Positions 53,140 to 61,040 of a stretch of DNA of 64,000 nucleotides are shown piece after piece; within the stretch, counting starts at the first letter, position 1, and each line of letters begins with the position of its first letter. Position numbers and translations under genes: made by a program. Where the stretch lies: contig OY781945.1 in the NCBI GenBank assembly GCA_963677435.1, positions 864,001 through 928,000 of the forward strand. Direction: 5' to 3'. The DNA is from an uncultured Aliarcobacter sp. GTDB lineage: Bacteria; Campylobacterota; Campylobacteria; Campylobacterales; Arcobacteraceae. The notes below the pieces were generated by a model that searched no databases, had not been told where the DNA came from, and saw only the letters and a program-made list of their open reading frames with translations.

Positions 53140-54051
53140 TTGGGTACAATTTCGAAAATTTTAAAAGGAAATATTATAAAAAAATTTAAAAAAGTGCATA
53201 TAGAAATCACAAATATTTGTAATTTAAAATGTACATTTTGTCCTCCAAAAATACTACCAAATGGAATAATGAGTTTAGAAAAATTTGATGATTTAAATGT
53301 TCAATTAAAGCCATATACAAAAGAGTTAGCTTATCATATGGTTGGTGACCCACTTGTTTTGACAAATTTAGCAGATTATCTAAATATAAGTTTAAAACAT
53401 GATTTAAAAGTAAATATTACAACAACAGCAAATAATATAAATGAAAAACATTATGATGCACTTATGAATCCAACTATTAAACAAATAAATTTTTCGATTA
53501 ATTCATATAATGCAAATTCCCACAAAAAATCACTTGATGAATATTTAAATCCGATTTTAGATTTTGTAAAATTTGCCCAAAGTAAAAACCATGAATATTT
53601 TATAAATTTTAGGATTTGGAATTTAGATGAAGAAAAAAGTGCAAAAGATTTTAACAAAAAAGTTTTTGATAGAATAAACGAAACTTTTAATTCAAATATA
53701 GATATTGAAGAAGTATATAAAGAAAGACCAAAAAATATAAGAATAGCTAGAAAAATATTTTTCAATTTTGATGAATATTTTACTTGGCCAGCTTTGCAAA
53801 ATGAGATAGTTTCAAAAACTGGATTTTGTTATGGTTTAGATTCTCATTTTGGGATTTTAACTTCTGGAGATGTTGTTCCTTGTTGTTTAGACCAAAATGC
53901 CTGTGTGAATCTTGGAAATACAAATACTACACAACTAGAAGATATATTAAATTCTAAAAGAGTAAAAGCAATTCAACAAGGTTTTAAAAACAATATTTTA
54001 GTTGAAGAACTTTGCCAAAAATGTGAATATAGAACAAGGTTTGATAAATAG
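53140..54051 (+). CDS. Radical SAM protein with SPASM/twitch C-terminal domain (true start probably 53176)
   Basis: CNLKCTFC, GDP, FCYG...GDVVPCC...CQKC motifs. Confidence 0.9.
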   Translation: MGTISKILKGNIIKKFKKVHIEITNICNLKCTFCPPKILPNGIMSLEKFDDLNVQLKPYTKELAYHMVGDPLVLTNLADYLNISLKHDLKVNITTTANNINEKHYDALMNPTIKQINFSINSYNANSHKKSLDEYLNPILDFVKFAQSKNHEYFINFRIWNLDEEKSAKDFNKKVFDRINETFNSNIDIEEVYKERPKNIRIARKIFFNFDEYFTWPALQNEIVSKTGFCYGLDSHFGILTSGDVVPCCLDQNACVNLGNTNTTQLEDILNSKRVKAIQQGFKNNILVEELCQKCEYRTRFDK

Positions 54052-54059
54052 GAGAAAAA

Positions 54060-54857
54060 ATGAATGAAGTTGAGATTATACTAAAAAGTGTTAAAGATTT
54101 TTTTACAAGTTCAATGTTAAAAATTGCATTAGTTCCGTTGATTGTAACGATGATTATTTTATATATGCTATTTTTTACAGCAGCAGATTATGGAATTTCA
54201 TCATTACATGAAATTGCTATTGCTTCTCAAAATGGACAAGAGGTTGTTGTTGATGAAAATGCTCCTTTTTATTTTATATGGTTCACATATTTAATAATAT
54301 TTTTATTTAAATATTCATTTACTTCATGGATTGCTGGATTTTTATTTTATACAGTAGGAACAATTATTGTTTTACAAGCTTCTGTCATTTTATCAATTAT
54401 TATAATTGGATTTTTAACCCCTATGATTTTAAAAATTTTACATAAAAGATATTATTCTCATTTAGTTTTACACGAATATGGAACAGTAATTTTATCTATT
54501 TGGGTTTTGGCAAAAAGCTTATTTATGATGGTTTTTTTATTTATAATTTTAATTCCAGTCTATTTTGTACCCGTTTTAAATGTCTTGGCATTTTCTTTGC
54601 CTTTTTATTATTTTTTCCATAAGTTATTGAATTTTGATGTATCTTCAACGATTTTAAGTAAAGAACAATTTAAGATTATTTATAAAGCTGAGGGGAATAA
54701 TTTTAGGCTTAGAACGCTATTTTTATATTTTATTTCAATGATTCCATTTGCTACACTTTTTACAGCAGTTTATTATATTATCTATTTAGGACATGCATAT
54801 TTCATAAAACTTGATGAGTTAAGTAAAATTGATACACAAAAAGAATTAGCTATCTAA
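54060..54857 (+). CDS. EI24/CysZ-like membrane protein
   Basis: Multi-TM protein, GFLTP...HKRYY and LLNFDV pattern of Campylobacterota EI24-domain proteins. Confidence 0.7.
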   Translation: MNEVEIILKSVKDFFTSSMLKIALVPLIVTMIILYMLFFTAADYGISSLHEIAIASQNGQEVVVDENAPFYFIWFTYLIIFLFKYSFTSWIAGFLFYTVGTIIVLQASVILSIIIIGFLTPMILKILHKRYYSHLVLHEYGTVILSIWVLAKSLFMMVFLFIILIPVYFVPVLNVLAFSLPFYYFFHKLLNFDVSSTILSKEQFKIIYKAEGNNFRLRTLFLYFISMIPFATLFTAVYYIIYLGHAYFIKLDELSKIDTQKELAI

Positions 54858-55541
54858 TCCTCTTGATATTTGATAACCAACTCCTTGAATATTTTTCAAA
54901 AAATTTTCAGGGAGTTTTTTTCTTAGATTTTTTATAAATAATCTCATAGCATTTGCTGTCATAATTGAATCATCATCCCAAATTGAGTTTTCAAGATCAT
55001 CATAAGTAATTATTCTATTTTTTGTAATAAGTAGTTTCAAAAAGATTGCTTCTTTTTTTGTTAGAGCAAAATCTTCATTTCCATTTGAAACAATAGATTT
55101 TCTTGAATCAAAAATCCAATTTGTATTTAAATTATATATTTTACTCTCATCATAAGATTTTACAAAAGATTCTAAGGCTTCCATTAATTTGTCATTGGTA
55201 ATAGGTTTTACAATATATTTTATAAGATGTAATTCTGTAGCTTCTAATAAATAATTTAAATCAGTATGCGCTGAAGTTATAATTAATCTAGTTTTTGAAT
55301 CGGTTTGTCTAATTCTTTTTAGTAAATCAAGTCCAGTTTCATTTCCCATTTTTATATCAGTTATAATTAAATCAGGTTTATTTTGAATATATTTTAAATA
55401 TGCCTCACTTGCATTTTTAGCTGTTAATACTTCTTTAAAAAGATGTTTTAATATCTCTTCTATATTATTTCTTATTCCATCTTCATCTTCTACATAAAGA
55501 ACTGAAAAAGCAGTAAGTTTATTTATAAAATTATTTTGCAT
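54846..55541 (-). CDS. OmpR-family response regulator
   Basis: LYVEDE, ITDIKM and KP receiver motifs, winged-helix LRKKL...GVGY. Confidence 0.92.
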   Translation of the reverse strand: MQNNFINKLTAFSVLYVEDEDGIRNNIEEILKHLFKEVLTAKNASEAYLKYIQNKPDLIITDIKMGNETGLDLLKRIRQTDSKTRLIITSAHTDLNYLLEATELHLIKYIVKPITNDKLMEALESFVKSYDESKIYNLNTNWIFDSRKSIVSNGNEDFALTKKEAIFLKLLITKNRIITYDDLENSIWDDDSIMTANAMRLFIKNLRKKLPENFLKNIQGVGYQISRGLDS

Positions 55542-55607
55542 ATTATAAAAATCCTTATTAGAAAATTTATGTTATGATAACCAATTATTGCTAATTAAAG
55601 GTTTATT

Positions 55608-57197
55608 TTGAATTTTACAATGGAAAAGAATTTATCAAAAATCATAATTTTTACATTTATTATTATTATGTCTTCTATGATATTTGCTATATCATACTTT
55701 TATGTTAAGAATGCCTATGATGATTTTGATATTGAAATGGATAAGTTTGTTCAGGAGTATTACTTAAATAAAAAGAAGACTCTAAAAAAAGAGATTAATA
55801 CTGTTCTTGATATTTTAACTTATAATCTTATCAAATCAAATTTAGATGATGATGAGTTAAAAATGGATGCTATTAGGTTATTAAATAACATTACATTTGA
55901 AGAAAATAAAAGTAACTATTTTTTTGTATATGAGATTAATAATATTAATGGTGGAGATGATTTTGCAAAGTTAGTTGTTAATCCAAATAGACTAGATTTA
56001 GTTGGGAAATACATATCAACAAATTATAAAGATGATGATGGGAAAAAGTTTAGGGAAATATTTCTAAAAGATATTAGAGAAAGAGGTGAATCTTATACAG
56101 AATATGCCTATAAGAAACCAGATTCAAATGAAGCAAAACATAAACTCTCATATTTCAAATATTACAAAAGATGGAATTGGGTAATTGCTGTTGGTATTTA
56201 TACTGATGATATTGAAAATGAAATTGCGATTAAAAGAAAAGATTTAAGAAAAAGAATAAAAAATCAAGTGGCTCAAAATGTTGTTTTATTTGCAATGTTT
56301 TTATCAATAGCTATTTTAATATCAATTGCAATTTCTCAAAAAATTGATGATATTTTGAAAGAGTATGAAAATAAAGTTAGATTAAATGCAAAAGAATTAG
56401 AAGATTTAAATTTATCCTTAGAAATGAAAGTAAAACAAGAAATTGAGAAGAATAGAGAAAAAGAACAGCTTCTTGTCCAGAAATCAAAGTTTATTGCTTT
56501 AGGTGAGATGATCAGTAATATAGCTCATCAATGGAGGCAACCATTATCTGAATTATCTTCCATCATGATGTTTATAAGATTTAAATACAATATTGGAGCT
56601 TTGGATAAAGAGACAATGGAAAAGAAGTCAAAAGAAGCAGATAAAGTACTTGAATATATGTCTCATACAATTGATGATTTTAGAAATTTCTTTATGCCCA
56701 AAAAAGAGAAAGAAGAGTTCTTTTTATTAAGAGAAGTTGAAACTGTAATGAATATTATTTCAAGCACCTTATCTAATTACAATATTCAAATAGAGACTAA
56801 AATAGATGAAAATATTCAAATAAAGACTTATTTAAATGAATATAAACAAGTATTACTTAATATTATTAATAATGCAAAAGATATATTGATTGAAAAAAAT
56901 ATAAAAAATCCATTAATACAAATTAGTGCTTATGAAGAAGAAACATATGTTGTTGTATATATTGAAGATAATGGTGGTGGAGTTTTAGTTGAACCAAAAG
57001 GAAAAATATTCGAGCCATATTTTACAACAAAAGAAGATAGCAATGGCACGGGAATTGGATTATATATGTCAAAAATAATTGTGGATAAAAATATGAAAGG
57101 TAAATTAAGAGTTAGAAATACTCAGAATGGTGCAAAATTTGCTATTTTTATTCCTAAAGATGGTTTTGAAAGAGTTATAAATTATGAGTTTGTTTAA
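55608..57197 (+). CDS. Cache-domain sensor histidine kinase
   Basis: Two TM, YFFVY...WNWVIAVGIY Cache domain, IAHQWRQPL, DNGGG and GTGIGL motifs. Confidence 0.92.
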   Translation: MNFTMEKNLSKIIIFTFIIIMSSMIFAISYFYVKNAYDDFDIEMDKFVQEYYLNKKKTLKKEINTVLDILTYNLIKSNLDDDELKMDAIRLLNNITFEENKSNYFFVYEINNINGGDDFAKLVVNPNRLDLVGKYISTNYKDDDGKKFREIFLKDIRERGESYTEYAYKKPDSNEAKHKLSYFKYYKRWNWVIAVGIYTDDIENEIAIKRKDLRKRIKNQVAQNVVLFAMFLSIAILISIAISQKIDDILKEYENKVRLNAKELEDLNLSLEMKVKQEIEKNREKEQLLVQKSKFIALGEMISNIAHQWRQPLSELSSIMMFIRFKYNIGALDKETMEKKSKEADKVLEYMSHTIDDFRNFFMPKKEKEEFFLLREVETVMNIISSTLSNYNIQIETKIDENIQIKTYLNEYKQVLLNIINNAKDILIEKNIKNPLIQISAYEEETYVVVYIEDNGGGVLVEPKGKIFEPYFTTKEDSNGTGIGLYMSKIIVDKNMKGKLRVRNTQNGAKFAIFIPKDGFERVINYEFV

Positions 57198-57891
57198 GAA
57201 TAGACTTATTGCGCATAGAGGATTTCATGACTCTAAAAATATTCCAGAAAATTCCCTTTTAGCCTTTCTTAAAGCAAAAGAAAGAAACTATGCAATTGAA
57301 TTGGATTTGACTATAACAAAAGATAATCAAATCATAGTTTTTCATGATGATGATTTATTTAGATTATGTAATGTAAATAAAAAAGTACAGGAGCAAAATT
57401 ATTGTTTTATAAAGAAATTAAACCTTTTTGATACAACAGAACATATTCCTTTATTTAAAGATATTCTAGGGTTAATAAATGGTGATATTCCTCTTATAAT
57501 TGAAATTAAGAAACATAATAAGCTTGGAGTATTAGAAAGTAACTTGGTTGAACAATTGCATAAATATAAAGGAATTTATTTTATATGCTCTTTTGAAAAA
57601 GATATTTTATTTTGGTTTAAAAATTATAAAGTAAGTTTTACAAGAGGTCTAATCTTTGGTTACAGTTCTAAAAAATTTAAAAGATATAAGTATCTACTTT
57701 TTTTATATAAATATTTTAAAACTAAACCTGATTTTGTATCTTTAGAAGAGTCTTTGATTGGAAGTTCAGTTTATTATTTTTGTAAAAAGAATGGCTTAGC
57801 TATTCTTACTTGGACTATAAGAAATAAAAAAAGATTTGATGAAATAGATGAAAAAGTTGATGGAATAATTTTTGAAGGATTTTTAGTTTAA
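57184..57891 (+). CDS. Glycerophosphodiester phosphodiesterase family protein
   Basis: IAHRG, PENS, IELD, VFHD, IEIK and WT motifs. Confidence 0.9.
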   Translation: MSLFKNRLIAHRGFHDSKNIPENSLLAFLKAKERNYAIELDLTITKDNQIIVFHDDDLFRLCNVNKKVQEQNYCFIKKLNLFDTTEHIPLFKDILGLINGDIPLIIEIKKHNKLGVLESNLVEQLHKYKGIYFICSFEKDILFWFKNYKVSFTRGLIFGYSSKKFKRYKYLLFLYKYFKTKPDFVSLEESLIGSSVYYFCKKNGLAILTWTIRNKKRFDEIDEKVDGIIFEGFLV

Positions 57892-57921
57892 AAAAGAAGA
57901 GAATAAATCTCTTTCTTTTTT
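57890..57921. terminator. Bidirectional terminator between convergent genes
   Basis: AAAAAAGAAGAGA...TCTCTTTCTTTTTT imperfect inverted repeat. Confidence 0.6.
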
Positions 57922-59200
57922 ATCCATACAAGAAGTTTGGAAGCCATAATGAAATAATTGGAATGTATGTTACTAACATCAGACCAAATAATAATATTAA
58001 TGTCATTGGTAATGATGCAACTATAACTTGTTTTAAGCTAAGTCCAGTAATACCACTTGCAACAAAGAGGTTGAGTCCCACCGGCGGGGTTATCATTCCT
58101 ATTTCCATATTTACAACCATAATAACACCTAAGTGAATAGGGTCTATTCCTAACGCCATACCAATTGGAAGTAAAAGTGGTACTGTAATCATTACCACAG
58201 AACTTGGTTCCATAAATTGTCCCATTAATAAAAGTAAAATATTTACAATTAATAAGAACATTAAAGGTCCTACATTTGCCTCTATAATCATTTGAGTTAT
58301 ATGTTGTGGAATTTGTTCATCTGTTAAAAAGTGAGCAAATAACATAGCATTTGCAATGATAAAGAAAATCATTGAACTTGTTTGTGCTGAATCTAAGATA
58401 ATTTTATATAAATCTTTATATTTTGTATCTTTGTATATAAAAAATGAAACAAAAAAAGCGTACATTACACTGAATGCACCAGCTTCAGTTGGAGTAAAAA
58501 TACCTCCATAAATTCCACCAATTACAATAACAATAATTAATAAAGCCCAAAAAGCATTTTTAAAAGCAATAAATCGCTCTTTAAAAGATGCAGCTTTTTG
58601 TCCTTTAAAACCACTTCTTTTTGCTAAAATATAAGTACCAATCATCATCATAGCACCAATCATAAGACCTGGTATTACCCCTGCCATGAAAAGTCTTCCA
58701 ATAGATTGATCAGCTGTTACCCCAAATACAATAAATACAATTGAAGGTGGAATCAAGATACCTAAAGTTCCTGAAGTAGCAATTGTACCAATTGCAAATT
58801 GTTCATTATATCCTGCTTGTTTAATAGCTCCATACATTACAGAACCAATTGCTGCAACAGTTGCTGGAGAACTTCCACTTACTGCTGCAAAAATTACAGA
58901 TGCTAAGATAGCTGCAATTGGAAGACCACCTGGAAGATGTCCAACTAAAGATTTTGCAAATTCAATTATTCTAGAAGCTGATGATCCTCTTGATAATAAA
59001 GAACCAGCTAATATAAACATAGGAATTGCCATAAGTGTATACTTATTTAAACCATCAAAAACTTTTGATGGAATTCCCATTAAATCCATATCCGTAAAAA
59101 AGAATGATGTGATTAGTGTTGTAGCTCCCAATGAAACTGCAACTGGTACACCTAAAAGCATTAAAGCAAAAAGTAAAATAAATAAAGTAGCAATAATCAT
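57920..59200 (-). CDS. dctM: TRAP transporter large permease
   Basis: AIPMFILAG, SGSSPAT, LIPPS, GIFTPTEA and TPPVGLNLF motifs. ATG at 59200 follows a GGAG RBS. Confidence 0.95.
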   Translation of the reverse strand: MIIATLFILLFALMLLGVPVAVSLGATTLITSFFFTDMDLMGIPSKVFDGLNKYTLMAIPMFILAGSLLSRGSSASRIIEFAKSLVGHLPGGLPIAAILASVIFAAVSGSSPATVAAIGSVMYGAIKQAGYNEQFAIGTIATSGTLGILIPPSIVFIVFGVTADQSIGRLFMAGVIPGLMIGAMMMIGTYILAKRSGFKGQKAASFKERFIAFKNAFWALLIIVIVIGGIYGGIFTPTEAGAFSVMYAFFVSFFIYKDTKYKDLYKIILDSAQTSSMIFFIIANAMLFAHFLTDEQIPQHITQMIIEANVGPLMFLLIVNILLLLMGQFMEPSSVVMITVPLLLPIGMALGIDPIHLGVIMVVNMEIGMITPPVGLNLFVASGITGLSLKQVIVASLPMTLILLFGLMLVTYIPIISLWLPNFLYG

Positions 59201-59201
59201 A

Positions 59202-59756
59202 TTAATTTTCTCCTTTTTGTGAAGTAACTTCATTTATTACAGTTTCATGCTCACTAAAGAGTTTAATATCATTTGCATCAGTAATATAAATTTCAACTAA
59301 TTTTTCAGCAGCTCTGTAAGCAGCTAAAGCAAATGCGATAGGAAGAACTAAATGAGGAATCCACATAGGAATACCTAAATCAACACTGTCTTCTCCAAAA
59401 TCTTTTAATAAAAGAATAAGTTCATATCCAAAATATGACATTATGGCAAGATACGCGATTGAAATAAAATTTGCAAAAACTAAGAGATATTTGGTGACAA
59501 TTGGAGGAAATTTTTCAATAAGTAATGTTACTGAAATATGAGCTCCTTGTTTAAATCCATATGCAGCACCAAATAGTGCAGACCAAATAAAAAGATAGTT
59601 TGTAAGTTCAGCAGCCCAAGTAAGACTCATGTCAAAAACATATCGTAATATTACATTGATAAATGCTAGTAAAACACCAACTGACAGTCCAAGGACTGCC
59701 ATAGTTTGGTTGATAGTACCAACAATTAAATCGATAATTTCAAAAAATTTTTTCAT
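59202..59756 (-). CDS. dctQ: TRAP transporter small permease
   Basis: NVILRY, WAAEL and GAHISV motifs, four TM. Confidence 0.93.
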   Translation of the reverse strand: MKKFFEIIDLIVGTINQTMAVLGLSVGVLLAFINVILRYVFDMSLTWAAELTNYLFIWSALFGAAYGFKQGAHISVTLLIEKFPPIVTKYLLVFANFISIAYLAIMSYFGYELILLLKDFGEDSVDLGIPMWIPHLVLPIAFALAAYRAAEKLVEIYITDANDIKLFSEHETVINEVTSQKGEN

Positions 59757-59768
59757 ATTAAAACTTTA

Positions 59769-60761
59769 TTATTTTGTGTCAATTGCTTTTTTAATTAAAT
59801 CTTCACCAATCACATCATAAAACTTAGGATAAACTGTAGACATAGCTTTTCTCCATTGTTGTTTTTGCTCAGGTGTTAATTCAATAATTTGAAGCTTATT
59901 TGTTTCTTTAGCATATTTAGTTAATTCTGCCATAATTTTAGCATCTTCTAAAGCTGATTCTTTTCTTTCAAGAGCTGTAGCTTCTTTCATAGCTTGAGAT
60001 ACATCTGCTTGAAGATCTTTTGGTAATTTATTCCAGAATTGCTCATTCATAACTACTAAATAACCAAGGTATCCATGCTCACTCATAGTAAGACTAGATT
60101 GTACTTCATAGAATTTTTTTGTATAAAAGTTTGATAATGGATTTTCAGTTCCATCTACAACACCTTGTTGTAATGCTGAATATACTTCAGAGAATGGTAA
60201 TACTTGAGGATTTCCACCAACTGATTTAAATTGAGCTTCTAAAACTTTTGAACTTTGAATTCTAAATTTTAAACCTGCTGCATCTTCAGGTACGATTAGA
60301 GGTTGTTTACTACTTGAAAGGTCTTTAAATCCAGCATCCCAATAATCAAGTGCAATCATCTGTTTTTTTTCATCAACTTTTGATTTTAAAATTTTTCCAA
60401 CTTCACCATCCATAACATTATAAAGATGTGCTTTATCTCTGAAAAGGAATGGCAAGTCAAAAAGTTGCATTTGTGGTGCAATACTTGTAAACTTTGATAA
60501 ACTTGGCATAATTACTTGAACATTGTTCATCGCAAGTGCTTTAATTTCTTCACCATCACCATATAATTGTGAATTTGGGAATACTTGAACATCAATTTTC
60601 CCACCAGTTAATTCTTCAACTCTTTTTTCAAAAAAGTCTGCTGCTTTACCTTTTGGTGTACTTGCACTAACAACGTGACTTACTTTCATAACATAATCAG
60701 CTGCAAGTCCTGATGTTGCTAACATTGCTGCTGCAACTGTTCCTAAAACTAGTTTTCTCAT
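59769..60761 (-). CDS. dctP: TRAP transporter substrate-binding protein (C4-dicarboxylate type)
   Basis: Signal peptide, HVVSASTPKG, FDLPFLF, GLKFRIQ and FSEVYSALQQGVVDGTEN motifs. Confidence 0.95.
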   Translation of the reverse strand: MRKLVLGTVAAAMLATSGLAADYVMKVSHVVSASTPKGKAADFFEKRVEELTGGKIDVQVFPNSQLYGDGEEIKALAMNNVQVIMPSLSKFTSIAPQMQLFDLPFLFRDKAHLYNVMDGEVGKILKSKVDEKKQMIALDYWDAGFKDLSSSKQPLIVPEDAAGLKFRIQSSKVLEAQFKSVGGNPQVLPFSEVYSALQQGVVDGTENPLSNFYTKKFYEVQSSLTMSEHGYLGYLVVMNEQFWNKLPKDLQADVSQAMKEATALERKESALEDAKIMAELTKYAKETNKLQIIELTPEQKQQWRKAMSTVYPKFYDVIGEDLIKKAIDTK

Positions 60762-61040
60762 ATCTATCTCTCCTTAATTTTTGATATAAAAAAATTATAG
60801 TTAAAACTTGTGTAAGTATTATGTATTATATTAATTTTTTTTTACAATAAAATCTGTATTAAAAAATAACAAATGGTTAAAAAATATACAGTTTTGCAAT
60901 TTATTAAAACATTTTATATTGTACAATGTGAAACTGCGTGAGTTCGCTACTTTAGGTATTTAACCATAATTTAAACAAGTATATTGTAAATTATCGGACT
61001 TTACTAAGGGATATTTTAAAGATTAATATAAAGGAAAATG

